NCBI GenBank assembly: GCA_951406725.2
Contig: OX597815.1
Location: forward strand, 67,766,001 to 67,830,000
Source of the DNA: Octopus vulgaris
Taxonomy: Eukaryota
Length of the DNA stretch: 64,000 nt
Direction of reading: 5' to 3'
In this document: positions 1 to 16,591 of the stretch, one piece after another
How positions within the stretch are numbered: position 1 is the stretch's first letter
Layout: the number at the start of each line of letters is the position of its first letter
Program-made: the position numbers and the translations under genes
The notes under the pieces: generated by a model
What the model was told of the DNA's origin: nothing
The model's database searches: none
What the model saw: the letters and a program-made list of their open reading frames with translations, nothing else

Positions 1-54
1 GTACTAAGGATTCTGCCAGGTCACCGACCTAAAGACAATAATAGTAATTATTTC

Positions 55-142
55 CATTTGACGGATATTTGTCCTCATCTCTTTAACAACGTTTCGGCTG
101 GATTCTCATTCCTAAGGTATTTTTCGATTAAGGTATTTTTCG

Positions 143-195
<53 letters not shown>

Positions 196-260
196 TACCA
201 TTCAGGTCTCTATCTGGAATCGAACGATCTTAACCGCTACGCCATATGCTTGTGGACAAT
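55..260 (-). mobile_element. 3' tail/pLTR of the Penelope-like element: tRNA-like segment + (AAT)n + hammerhead remnant
   Basis: Directly follows the GIY-YIG on the minus strand. It matches the element at 60442-60990 (gcatatggcgtag..gttaaga..gttcgattccag..gacctga-(AAT)n-cgaaaaataccttaggaatgaga..cagccgaaacgttg..gacaaatatccgtc). Confidence 0.7.
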
Positions 261-329
261 TATGGAGTGAATTTTAGGGCTTATAAATCTCCTATCCTTC
301 CTTAATACCGGTTCCCATATGCTGCTCAT

Positions 330-1200
330 ATCTGCACTCGGTCTGCTTAGGAGGTTCCTATATCCTAGCATATGTGCTGCTTCTTTTAGTTTTTCGTATT
401 TTCCAGGGGTGTTCTCTGTCTATTATTTTAACTTCATCCCACAGGGAGAGGTAGTCTCCATTTTTACATACATGAACAGCTGTACCCGATTTATCAATAT
501 CTCCTCGTGTCACAGCTTTGCGATGTTAGTCTACCCTTATTTTGAGGGAATGGCATGTTTCGCCTTTGTATAACCTACCACAGTTGAATGGGATGGAGTA
601 CACGCAGTTTTTGATCAAATTCTCTTCTATTAATAATTTTACTCGATGGAGATATTTGCGAAGTGTTGTATTACTCTTGAATACTGCCCTAATGTCATGT
701 GGGCCGTACATCTTTTGTATCTTATCGGAGAGGCCTTTCATATAGAGTTGACAGACTGTGGACAGTTTATTGGTTTCATCCTCTTTTTTTCTTCAAATTG
801 GGGTGGATAGTATGTTTTTGGTGTAGTTCTTGCTTAATGGATTGTAACTGAGCTTGATCAATTCTTCGTGGTGGGTATCACGATCGCTATTTATATACTT
901 TGCTCGATGTTTTAGGCACTGAGCAATCCCTCTCTTTACACTGTATGGATGGTGGGAATTGAAGTTGAGGTATCGTCCAGTGAAGGTCGGCTTGCGGTAT
1001 ACTGATGTCCTGAATCCATACTTGGTGCATGTTATTAATACGTCCAGTAATGCTAGCTGATTGTCTTTTTCTTTTTCCATTGTGAACTATATGGATGGAT
1101 TTATTGAGATCACATGATCTAATAGCACTTGGACATCTTTCTGGTGGGGCCAGAGTATAAAGATGTCATCAACATATCACAGCCATATGGTTGCTTTTAG
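330..1200 (-). pseudogene. Penelope-like element ORF fragment (RT C-terminus + GIY-YIG endonuclease), disrupted
   Basis: Minus-strand translation IWL*YVDDIFILWPH..MEKEKDNQLALLDVLI..SVYRKPTFTGRYLNFNSHHP (PLE RT thumb), then NCVYSIPFNCGRLYKGET..RVD*H (GIY-YIG). Stops and frameshifts are present. Confidence 0.9.
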
Positions 1201-1479
1201 ATATGCGGCCCATATGACATCAGGACAGTATTCAAGAGTAATAACAAGTACGTAAATTAATTAGTTACGTATACATCCAACTGTTTATACGTACATGTAT
1301 ACATGTTAATACTTATTCACCAGGTAAATAATGTTAATACAATACACACATACGCACACAAAATGACATATCATAAACGAAAGAAAACAAAACAACAATA
1401 AAACGACTTTACACTAACAAAGACAAAATATGCAAATAATCACTGAATTTAAATCACCAATAAACTGTCATATATCTAG

Positions 1480-3900
<2,421 letters not shown>

Positions 3901-4450
3901 AATGCCCTGATGCAGTACCATGCACTGGCTTTCATGGATTCATATCTTAACTGATTGGAAATGTTATGTGCGTTTTGATGTTTTGTCTTGTTATAAAAGA
4001 TGGGCTACAGCAAATATTCTGCTCAATACCACAGATTTGCTTGTCAGTTGTTTAACTTTAACCGGTTGAGCATTCCCTGGTTGCTGACGATATGTGCATC
4101 TCTGATTACGAGCAGCAGTGGGGGAGCATCATAGCCATGTGTTGAGAGAAATTCTGAGGGGTATGAATAATTCTCCTCTGGAAACATGGGTGTTTCGTTC
4201 CACATCCTTAAACAACCCTTATTCAGGGACCCTTTGGACGGGATGGGCCACTCGGCCTGAAGAAAATTCTAACTGGGCCCCCATCTGCAAAGTTATGCGT
4301 TGCTTATCCTCATATGAAATCACCATGTCGCACACAAATGGTTGTGGTGGATGTGCCTGATGTAAACTTAAGTAGTCATGATGTGTATACCGGGCATCGT
4401 ATATTTTACACCAGTGTCACTTTGATGGCATGCCCTGCTCTTTCACTCAA
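3901..4450 (+). mobile_element. Non-coding interspersed repeat bounded by (TAG/TAA)n; SINE-like retroposon
   Basis: The 3' ~180 bp recurs at 9944-10130. Both copies abut TAA-type tracts. No credible ORF. Confidence 0.6.
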
Positions 4451-4514
4451 TAATAGTAATAACGATGATGATGATGATGATGATGATAATAATAATAATA
4501 ATAATAATAATAAT

Positions 4515-4550
<36 letters not shown>

Positions 4551-4799
4551 GAGCAAAATGAACAAAACACACAACATGTGCCGTAGAAGACCGATATTCA
4601 TCAGAAGAACGCTACCTGCACTGCACAAACAACGCACAATATAACAACTAATACAACAGAAACCCAAACCAAACCCCCAAACAAAAGTACTGATACAATA
4701 TAATATCCCCACTAAACAAAAAATGCTGATCACTCCACCCCACCCGCTCAAAGGGGCAACAAATGATGCTTGAAACTTTTAGATGTCGAAAAGTGGCGA

Positions 4800-7700
4800 T
4801 GACGATAGTGACGAACGTTACCTTACCTCAGTTTATGAGAGACAGGAGTTTCCGAAGAAACTCGATTGTAACATCGAAAATGAAACTGGACCTTTAAGGG
4901 AAGGTCTCTCGCTCGGCAGTGGTTAAATAAGGATGCAAACTGACCACAGCTGTTATCCCAATACATCGTCAGCTGATAATAGAGCAAAGAGAAGGAAGTG
5001 GACCAGCGAAGAAAACAGGATAGTGATGCAGTGCTACTTAGAAAATGAACCTAAAAGAAGGGGCTATAGAAAACTGATGTTAAAACTTTGGGTAGTGAAG
5101 GATATGTTTAAAGTGACTGAGCAGAGATTAAGTTGATCAAGCTAATACTATTAGGAGAAGAAAGTGGATGACAGAATTGGAGGTAGAAGAGATCACAAGA
5201 GAACTGGAAAGGAAAGACCAGGCAATGGTAAAGACAAGCAACAACATAAGAGATACATCTCAAACCAAAGAAGAACCTAAAGGAAAATATAATAATAGTG
5301 CTACCAATAAAGAAGGGAAAACTGACACCATCGACTTAAGTGATTTAGGTGAGTGGGTTGCAAGAAGTAATGAGTAAAGAAGTAAGAAAAAGATTGCCAG
5401 CATTAAAAGGCACCAACAGAAGGAAGCTGCTAGAAATGACTAGGCAAGTAGATTCTGTTATCGGTAGGAGAGATACTAAAAATATAGGAGATCCTAACTT
5501 AGTGATCTATGCAGGAGATGTAGTAATCACCAGAAGATTAGATATCTCACAGGGAAAGATTGAAAAGGAGCAAATGTGGAAAAGGAGACTACAAAATAAA
5601 GTGAACACATTAAGACAAGATCTGAGTAGAATAGAAGCCTAGAAAACAAACAAGTTAGGAGACACAAGATGTAAACCTTTCCTCGAGAAAAGATACTTAG
5701 TAAAGAAAAAGTATTTGGGATAATAATAGAAGAGTTGAAACAACGTATCATAGCAGTAGCAGGTAAGCTCTCTAGATATCAGAAAAGAATAGACCAGTAT
5801 CAATAGAATAGATTATTTGAAAGTACTGAAGCTGAGAAACCTAATGCAGAGGAAGTTAAAAAGTTCTGGAGTAATATTTAGGATAAGCCAGTCAATTATA
5901 ATGGAGATGCAGTATGGTTAAAGAAAACGAGGGAAGAATTATTAGTGAGTGAGAAGCAGTTAGATCTAACATTAGCTAGTACATTAATAAGTAAAGTGTA
6001 AGGGAAAATACCGAATTGGAAGGGACCAGGACCAGATTTAGTTCAAGAATACTGGTTAAAGAAATTTAGTAGTTTACTTGGGAGGCTGAGGGAACAACTT
6101 CAGGATTGCCTTAATGGAGGAATAATAGCAGATTGGATGACTAGATGGAGGACAATATTCATCATGAAAGATAAGAGCAAGAGTAATACTATAGACCAAT
6201 CATTCGCTTACTATCAGTGTGGAAGCTGTTAACAGGAATGCTTTCAGAGAGCATTTACAAGTACCTTGACAACCAGAATTTACTACGTGAAGAACAGAAA
6301 GGTTGTAGGAAGAAGACTAGAGGAACGCATGATCTGTTATATATAGACAAAGCAGTTCTAAATGAAATAAAAGCTAAAAGGAAAAAAATTCAACAATAGC
6401 ATGGATAGATTATAGGAAAGCTTATGACATGATGTCACAACATAGATAAGTAAATGTTTGAGTATATTCAGCATAGCAGACAACATAAGAAAATTTAATT
6501 AGCTTTAGCATGAATAAAGGGAAAGTAAATCTCTACTCAGGTAAAACACTCCTAGGGATAGTTAATATCAAAAGAGGTATTTTCCAGATGGTCTCGTTGG
6601 CCCCTTTAATATTTGTCTTATGTTTGATCCCCTTCTGTTTAGTATTAAGGAAGGCAAAGGCAGGGTATCAGTTCAGAAATAGTAATAGAAAAATTAACCA
6701 TTTGCTCTACATGGATGATCTGAAGCCTTTTAGTAAGAATGAAAAAGAAATACATTCCTTAATACAAACTCTAAGAGTCTTCAGCAAAGATATAGGCATG
6801 GAATTTAGCATAGATAAGTGTGCAATATTAGTCATGAGAAGGAGACATGTAGTCAAGAGCGAAGGAATCCAATTACCAGATGGGCAGACATTAAAATCAT
6901 TGAAAGGAGGAGAGAGTTCTAAGTATTAGTTTTTTCTGTACTAACTACAGAAATGAAATCGGAAATCGAGGAGTACATCAGAAGGGTGAGGAAGCTAATG
7001 AAGTCAAAGTTAAATGGTCCAAATCAAGTGAAGGCTGTAAATACTTGGGCAGTATTATTACTTAGATACTCAGCAGCTTTTGTACATTCGACAAAAACTA
7101 AATTAGCAAAGCTAGAAAGAAGAACTAGGGAGGAATTCAATATAAATGGAGGACTCCACCCAAAGGCAAGAGTAGTAAGATTATATCTACATAGAAAAGA
7201 AGGCGGAAGGGGGTTAATATCAGTAGAAGACTACGTGGAGTTAGCTAGAGTAGATATATACTCTAATGTAGGTAATAGTGAAGAAAGTTTATTAAAAGCT
7301 ACTAGAGTCACAGCAAGACATAGGAAAACCAAAAACACAGACGAAATTCAAAGCCAGAAAAAAGTACAGAAATTATCTGACTGGCAGAAGAAGGCATTGA
7401 ATGGTAGATTCCTAAAGATAGTTTCAGCAAATAGTAGTAGTGAGACATGGTTATCGTTGCAGAAAAAAAAGATGAAGAGGGAGACAGAAAGTGTGTTAGT
7501 AGCTGCACAAGATCGAGCATTAAGGACTAATTGGATAAAAGCCAACATAGACAAAAAACATGTAAATTCCCAATGTAGATTATGCAAATCAAGAGGAAAG
7601 CGTTACTCATAAGTGAATGTAGCATGCTGGCACAAAAAGAATACAAAGAAAAGACATGACAGTCAAGGGAGCGCAATCCACTGGGAGCTATGTAGAAAGC

Positions 7701-8250
7701 TAGGATTTGAACATAGTGATAAATGGTATGAACATGAACCTCGTAAAGTACTAGAAAGTAAGAAATACAAGACCTTGTGGGATGTTAACATTCAGACTAA
7801 CGCAGTAATAGAATCTAGAAGGCCTGGGTTGGTAGTAGTAAATAAAGGGAATTAGAAATGATAGATAATTGACTTTACAGACCCAGATGATAAAAAAATG
7901 AACAAGAGTAGTATAGAAAAATAGCAAACTACTAGGATCTAGCTATTGAATTACAGAGACTATGGAAAGTGTGGGTAAAATGTATCCCAGTAGTTATAGG
8001 TACATTGAGAACAATCCCTAAATATCTGAACTGATGAATAGAGGAAATAGGCATAAAACCCAGTTTAGTACAGCTCAAGAAAACAGTGTATTAGGAACAG
8101 TTAGGATAATTTGGGGGAGGGGGTTCTTGGCACCTAAAGTTACTTGTTGTGACCCAATAGGAGGGTCCTTGGCATCTAAGGATACTTGTTGTAGCCCGAT
8201 ATTAGGATTCTTTCTTTTCCAACAGTCTAAGCTATTAAAGTATATATGAA
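4800..8250 (+). mobile_element. Near full-length degenerate R4/Dong-clade LINE (N-terminal Myb-like, RT, CCHC knuckle, RLE endonuclease)
   Basis: RRKWTSEEN..YRK..LW..TEQRL; EEQKGCRK; GIFQ..SLAPL; HLLYMDDLK; RLYLHRKEGGRGL; AAQDRALRT..CRLCK; RHD..IHWELC; LWD..IQT..RRPGLVVV. The 3' end runs into (TAA)n at 8251. Confidence 0.92.
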
Positions 8251-8358
<108 letters not shown>

Positions 8359-8377
8359 GAAATAATAATAAATAAAG

Positions 8378-9772
8378 AAAGAGAAAATAAAAAAAGATTA
8401 TAGACGAGTTAGATCAATACTAAACACAGAGCTCAATGCTAAAAACAAGATAATAGGTATCAACACTTTAGCTGTCCCAGTTATAAGTTACAGCTACAAT
8501 ATCCTTAACTGGACACGAAATGAACTGACCAAAATAGACAGGAAAACAAGAAAAATAATGACAGGATCTAGGATGCATCACCCAAAATCTGACATAGAAA
8601 GACTATATATACAACGTATAGAAGGTGGTAGAGGCCTTATACAGCTGGAAAACTACTATAAAATAACCACCATAGGACTGCAAAAATATCTACTTCAGAA
8701 GGAAGGAAAACTGATCCAGATAGCGGCAAAACACGAGCAAAACAAAAAACTGTTCTCAGTATTTAAGGAAGCTGACAAATACAAACAAGAAATCATACCA
8801 CCTAATAAACATGAAGAAGAAGAAGAAGATGAAGAAACAACAAAAGCTATAAAAAAATGAAATCCAAACTAAAAATAGAACAGCAACGAACCATGATAAA
8901 ACGATGGCAAGAAAAGCCCCTTCATGGTAAATACTGGACTAAACTAAACGCAAAAGAAATAGACAAAGAAAAATCCCAGCAATGGTTGAGAAGCTCAGGA
9001 CTCAAAGCAGAAACAGAGGGATTTTTAATTGCAGCACAAGACCAAAGCCTCCCCACCAGAAATTACCAAAGACATGTAATGAAAAGAAATATTACAAGTA
9101 ACTGCAGAATATGTGGAGATGGACAAGAAACAATAAATCATATTATCTCTGGCTGCCCAGTCCTGGCTAAGAAGGAATATATTCACAGACATGACAGAGT
9201 TGGAACTTACATACATTGGAAGCTATGCCAACATTATGGAATAACAACAGAAAAAAGATGGTATAGGCACACACCAGAAAAGGTCACAGAAAACGAGAAA
9301 GCAACCATACTCTGGGATATGCCGATACACACAGATAGAGAAATTAAGGCCAACAGACCAGATATAGTTGTCAGAGACCATGAAGAAAAAAAATGCTTTC
9401 TAATTGATGTATCAGTACCGGCAGATGACAAAGTGTCTCTAAAAGAAATGGAGAAACTCTCAAAATACAAAGACCTGGAAATAGAGGTAACTAGAATGTG
9501 GAATCTGAAAACAGAAACAATTCCTATCATAGTAGGTGCATTAGGCATGATAAAAAAATATTCAGACAAATACATAACAAAGACACCAGGACTTACAAAC
9601 ACATATAACATACAGAAAATTGCACTACTAGGCACTGCACACATCCTACGCAGAACACTTTCCATACAATAACCATCAGAGCATCACAACAAATCACAGC
9701 ACATACCCAAGGCACACAGAGCTGCGCTCGGTAGTGAAGTGAAAGCACGCTATAAAAATAAAAATAAAACTA

Positions 9773-9776
<4 letters not shown>
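8378..9776 (+). mobile_element. Younger 5'-truncated R4/Dong-clade LINE copy inserted in (TAA)n
   Basis: ORFs 8558-8860 and 8857-9672 are split by one frameshift in an A-run. Motifs: MHHPKSDIERLY..GGRGL, AAQDQSLPTRNY..CRICG..ETINHIISGC..HRHD, NRPDIVV..LIDVSVP..EKLSKY. About 100 bp of 3' UTR, then (TAA)n. Confidence 0.95.
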
Positions 9777-9855
<79 letters not shown>

Positions 9856-9878
9856 TGATGATGATGATGATGATGATG

Positions 9879-9926
<48 letters not shown>

Positions 9927-9943
9927 GTAATAATAATAATAAT

Positions 9944-10130
9944 AACTGGGTCCCACCTGCAAGGTCCAGTGCTGTTTATCTTGATATGAGATCACCATGT
10001 CGCGCAAATATGGTTGTGATGCATGTGCCTGGTGTACTCTTATCAGTTGAGTTGCCGAGATGGGTATACTGGGCTTCATATATTTTACACCAGTGTCACT
10101 TTGATGGCATGCACTGCTCTCTCACTCAAT
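9944..10130 (+). mobile_element. 5'-truncated copy of the 3901-4450 repeat
   Basis: aactggg..cctgcaagg..atcaccatgtcgc..tattttacaccagtgtcactttgatggcatgc..tcactcaat is shared with 4270-4450. Confidence 0.7.
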
Positions 10131-10365
10131 TATAACTCTATGCTGGTTGTCATAGATTATCTTTTATGACCGCTAAATGCTTTTGTATTTGTATGTGAGT
10201 ACATTTGTATATGACTATGCTTTCTGTGTTCATATATGTGTGTGCTTTTGTGTGTACTGATATGTACATGTGTGTGTGGATATATAAACTGTCCGACGAA
10301 CGGGAACGTGAAACTCTGGGTAACAGTTTTTGCGATACTTTTGCTGCTTTTCAATAAAGTGTGCG

Positions 10366-10419
<54 letters not shown>

Positions 10420-10422
10420 TAT

Positions 10423-10481
<59 letters not shown>

Positions 10482-10511
10482 TAAATGCATGTATTGTTCA
10501 TTTGTAAATTA

Positions 10512-10633
10512 TCGTGGTTCGGGTTCAGACCCACTGCATAGCACCTTTGCGCAAGTGCCTTCTACTATAGCTTCGAGCCGACCAAAGACTTGTGAGTCGA
10601 TTTGGTAGACGGAAACTGAAAGAAGACCTTTGA

Positions 10634-10671
<38 letters not shown>

Positions 10672-10870
10672 TTCTGTGCCTGTGTTTGTCCGCCATCATC
10701 GCTTGACAGCCGATGGTGGCGTGTTTACGTCCCCGTAACTTAGCAGTTCGGCAAAAGGACCGATACAATAAGTACTAGGCTTACAAAGAATAAGTCACAG
10801 AGTCGATTTGACCGACTAAAGGAGGTTTTCGAGCATGGCCACAGTCAAATGACTGAAACAAATAAAAGAA
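10512..10870 (+). mobile_element. tRNA-derived SINE family B (partial)
   Basis: Homologous to the minus-strand copies at 48268-48688 and 56248-56655 (ggtagacggaaactgaaagaag, tttacgtccccgtaacttagc, cagtcaaatgactgaaaca). Confidence 0.85.
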
Positions 10871-10994
10871 TATATATATATATATATACATGGACACACA
10901 CAAGCATAACATATTACTTACTTTCAAAGGTTTTCCTTTCTTGCTCTCGCACATGCTCTCTCGCACATTCACTCTCTCTCTCTCACACTGTCTT

Positions 10995-11051
<57 letters not shown>

Positions 11052-14000
11052 ATATGTTTGCATCTCTGTATGTCTGTATGCGTACATAAATATGTTTGTG
11101 TGTGTGTACGTACACATGTATGCGTACATTCACATCTATATATATATATATATGTCTCTAAATAGGCAGTACACTTCAAAGAAAACATCATCATTATGCA
11201 ATGATATCAATGAGGAAATACAAGCACAATCACAACCAAAAACTACTTACCGGTAAGCATATAAAAGCAGGTACTGCTATATTCCAATAGCTTGTGCGAC
11301 CATTCACACAGAAGCCATTGAAAGGCAGCTGTTAGAAAAGGTTCAACTGGAAAACGTTATATATTTAGTCTTCAAAGTCTTCATACAATAAAAGTACATT
11401 GATATGTCTCCATTACTGCTGTTGACCACACTGACGTGTCACCTTGCATTCTTGTCGGGTTTTATTTTAATTTCTCCGAAGTCACCCGACTATATAAAAT
11501 AGGGGAAATAAATATATAATAATGGTTAAGCAAAATTTGTAGCATTTTTCTTTTACCTCTCTCTCCCTCTTTCTTTCTTTTTCACACACATACACACTCT
11601 CTCTCTCTCTCTCTCTCACTTTCTTTCACTCTCACTATCTCTTTCTCTGTCTCTCTCTTTCGTTCTTTCTCTCTTTTTCTACCTGTCATTCTCTCTCTCT
11701 CTCTTTTTCTCCATCTCACACACACACTCTTCCTCTCTTTCTCTCCCTCTCTCTCTCTCAAACACACACACACACTCTCTCTATCTCTCTCTCCTTCTCT
11801 TGCCTGTCACTTGTAGTAGAACTTTCCTTTGTATGATGAGAAATCTTCATCGTTATTTCGATCTTTCTTGAGATTCCAAAACAAAAGCAGTGGCACAACC
11901 ATGACTACTTATATTTCAAAATATAAATACCGTTGATAGTTCTGATGTGGTGGATCTTATTCTAGTCTTTTCGCTATTTTCTTATTGTTGTTCTTTCAAT
12001 TTTTCTCTTTCGCTTATAACCCTCCGCTCTCTTCTCCCACAGAGTGTCGAGTTATCTTCTTCAACAATTTCCACCTTTCAGTTCGCTGTAGAGCACTATC
12101 AGAGTAATCTTTGTTTCCTTTATAAGAACCACGTCTCGCATAAATGGAAATATTATTCCTAAAGTATAGACTCAGCATTAAGCAAATTTAGACCTGCAGG
12201 ACTTCTTGGTTCGAGATGTGGTTTCACCAAATCTCTGTGGTTATTAAATGTAACTATAACAGGAATTATGTTTCCTCAATGCCCATTGCACATGACAACT
12301 TTTTCTCGTTTTTTCATTCTCAGACAAACAGCAAAGTTCGAAATATTAGATCCTACATTCTTCGTGGAAATTAAACTTATCAAATTTCCTGTCGAACACT
12401 CTCATGAATGTACAACCCAAATTCTTTATCATTTTCAGTTCTTCGATAGAGAAAAATAATCATCCAAAACTAAAAAAAAAATCCTCAGCCAAATTATGAA
12501 GTGCTTAAAGGAGACACAATAAGGAGGAAATACCACAGTATCTCGAAATCTTCTTATATCAATGAATCGAGTGTCTTATGAACACACATTCATCTAAAGG
12601 GAGAAAGCGGGATCCGGAGACGAAATACAACAGCGATTAGCATATTCACGTTTGAATCTGCTGGAACGTATTACAAATAAATATATACGACATAGTTATA
12701 TTCAATATAATCCAGAGTGCCCAATTGCAGCAATTAAATCAAAACATCCTCCTGTTTATCATACTTAAGTATAATGCATAATTAGCTTAGATATTACAAA
12801 ACCTCGCAGAGGGTTAAACTGTAGTGCTAACAGATTCTTTCTATGTTATTCGAGAGTGGAAACTAAAGTGAAGGGGTTTCTCAAAGAGCATTAATTGGTT
12901 TGTTGAACAATCCTCTGAGAAGTCGTACTTGGTTTTCTTTAATCTTTTTCTATTGATTTTGGCAGTTTCTAAACTAGCAGAATCAATAGGAATAAAGAAT
13001 GATCTTTTTTTTCTTTTTGCGAAAATAATAAGTTTAACAGGATACATGTAGAGCGTAGCATAAAAGTAAAACGAAGAAATGATGACTACATAGGAACCGA
13101 ATACCTTATCGGCGGCAAATTATACAAAAGTAAATGTCCAGACATGTGATTACGCATTTCCAGAACCAATTAAACAGCAGAAGCATCGCTGAAAAATAGG
13201 CCTCACCCGTATAAAACAGCTAAATATGTCATAAATAACCATTTATACAAGCATCTTCACATCCTTCACACAACCAAAACATGTAAACTCATTACTTCAA
13301 ATCTCAAAGTGCTTCACGACCGGATGTGCAGGTCCAACAAGGCTTGGAGAGATTCAAACAAGTGGGTAGTTAAATATAGCCGTTTCGGTCAGCTTCTTTT
13401 GGCGTCGCTGATTCGACGCTGACATATTTGACATCAGTTTTAATATTACTCATATTCTTTACCTCACCCAACTCTCTCCATCTCTCCCTTCCTCCCACTC
13501 GCTCTTTTCGTCTCTCTCTCCCTTCCTCCCTTCTCTCATTTTATATGTGCAAACATATTTCTGTTTAGGAACATGAGAAACGGGAATGTGTTTATGTTAA
13601 TCGTATTCAATTAATAAATTGTAATGTCTCTTTTTCTCCCTCCTTATCTTGTTTTCTCTACCTCTCTCTCCCTATTTATCTTCCCCCTCTCCTTCTCTCC
13701 CTCTTTTTCTCTTTCTCTCCATCCCTCTCTCACTCTCTGTCTATATGTACATATTTCTGCGCTCGCATGCATATGTTTGTGTTTACCTCCAATGCCAAAA
13801 CAGCTTCAACATACAGTCGGCAATGCCAAATCGCCAGCGTCCATACGTTCAGTTGTCTCGTTTCTCTTTCACCATCCACCAGAACTCCAACATAAAAACC
13901 ATTCGAAATACAAAAGTTGTTTTTCTTCTTTCAAGATACCCTGACCCCTAAATTACTTTGGAACTCTTACCAAGATACCAACTTGCTGAATTCTTCAATG

Positions 14001-14299
14001 TATTACACTTCAACTAAATTCAACACTGAGATTGGTTAAACATATATTATATTTGAAAAATATAAACAAGAAAACATTATGTATAGATATAGATATAGTC
14101 TGTATAGATATAAACCTAATGTCGCTCCATGCTGCCATGTTGGACAAAAATCAGCTATAGATAATCGTTCCTCATTCTTACTGACATAAAAAAAATCAGC
14201 ACAATACCACGTATACACATATGAATATGAATATATATATGTGTGTGTGTGTGTGTATGGGTGTGGGTGTATATATGTATATGTTTGTATGTATATATA

Positions 14300-14335
<36 letters not shown>

Positions 14336-15074
14336 TGTATATATTGTGTGTGTGTATCCACGTACTTATATTCATATGTTTGTCCGTACGGGCGATTCTC
14401 TGGTTTAAGCATCGTTTGTATATTTATGTATATTTGTGTGTAATACATTTGTATATAAATATAGCCGTGCTGTATATGTGCATATATATATACACACATG
14501 CGCACACATACGCACACATACATACATACATATGCACGAATATATATATATGTGTGTGTGTGTGTGTATTTATAGGAGTATGTCTATTGTGCTGACACTA
14601 GGTCTAGATATTGACACAAACATTACAATAAGAATTCATATGCAGATGAAAATTCAAGACAAAGCCAAAAAAAATAAATAACTCCGGCAACAATAGAACC
14701 AAAATAACAGAAAAAAAGATATAAAATAGAAAAAAAAATCTGATGGAATCGTTTCGTTGAGAACGCAGGGAGCCGAGTGCCAGAATATCTTTAGTGAACC
14801 ATTATTAATCCTTTAAACATAAAAAAGAGCCACTCTATCGCATAGATTTACAGATGAAGCTTAGAGTTGATATACACTCAAACTACAATATAACAATACC
14901 TCATTACATATTCAGAGTGCGTTTAGCATATGTATGTGTATATATGTATATATAAACACACATAGAGACGTATCTATGTATATACATATGCATATACATA
15001 TATGTAAGTATATACATATACACATATAATGTATATGTATATAATGTATGTATATGTATATATACATTTAAATA

Positions 15075-15116
<42 letters not shown>

Positions 15117-15136
15117 TTTTATATATATTGTGTCTA

Positions 15137-15177
<41 letters not shown>

Positions 15178-15230
15178 GCATATATAGATACATATATACA
15201 TATATTATGCATACGTATATATATATATGC

Positions 15231-15280
<50 letters not shown>

Positions 15281-15871
15281 ATGTGAGTGTGTGTGTGTGT
15301 GTGCATATTTAAATTTCTTTAATGCTTATCAAGATCTCAATATCATAAATACATATATACAAACATACACAGCTACCCACACATACTTAAATACATACAT
15401 ATGTGTGTGCATGTGTGTGTGTATGTGTGTGTACAAATATATATATACATACATATTTACATGTACATACATATGTTTATATATGTATATGTGTGTGTCT
15501 GTGTGTCTGTGCGCGCACGCATGTGTGTGTGTTATATCTTAATAATTGCATCAACATATGAACTTCTTTATTCAGTATATCGGTTTGTCTGGGTGTATAT
15601 ATTTTTTTCTCACCATCGAGATCTTCGGTTCGTGTTTATGTATTATTTCTTCGTATCGTCTGTCGTTTCCTTTACTCTTCGCTTTCTGTTTTAATTTTTC
15701 TTCTTTTTTTTTTTCAAATTTCTTTACTTTCCTTTTTTTCTTTATGGTTTCTATTATATTTTTGTATTTTTTGCTCAGATGTCATTATTTTCGTGTAAGG
15801 AAAGAGAAACTCATCTTTATTTCCAAATATACTCCAGCAACGCTCCTCCTTCTGTCTTCTCCCGCTCTCTG

Positions 15872-15937
<66 letters not shown>

Positions 15938-16004
15938 GCACACACATACACATATACAAATGTATATACATATATATATATACATATATATATATATATG
16001 TATA

Positions 16005-16053
<49 letters not shown>

Positions 16054-16058
16054 ATATA

Positions 16059-16157
<99 letters not shown>

Positions 16158-16533
16158 TATACTCAAGCTGTCACTTTTCCTTTAATGCAACTAAACATTA
16201 GCTGTTTTCTCTTTCTAACTCTGTACTTACTTCTATATAGAGTCTTGGCGGTAACGGGCGAATTATTTTAAACTTTCTTTTCCAACCGTTAATTTAGAAA
16301 ACATCGTTGGTATTGCTATTGATATTGTTATTCTTACAGTCGTAGTTGTTGTTGCTGTTGTCACCGTTATTGTTATGTTAATGTTGTTGATGCAGTTTCT
16401 CAAACAGATTTATAGATTCCTACAAACTGATGACACAGCAATGGCTGATATTGATGTGTCTGTGGTGTGCTATTATTTGTTATTGTTACTGTTGTTGTTG
16501 TTGTTGTTGCTCTTCTTCTTCTTCTTCTTCTTC

Positions 16534-16591
<58 letters not shown>

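Noticed and set aside
11940-13050. Possible very old LINE RT remnant on the minus strand
   Set aside because: Only one weak motif (SPAGLN.LNAE), which is insufficient.
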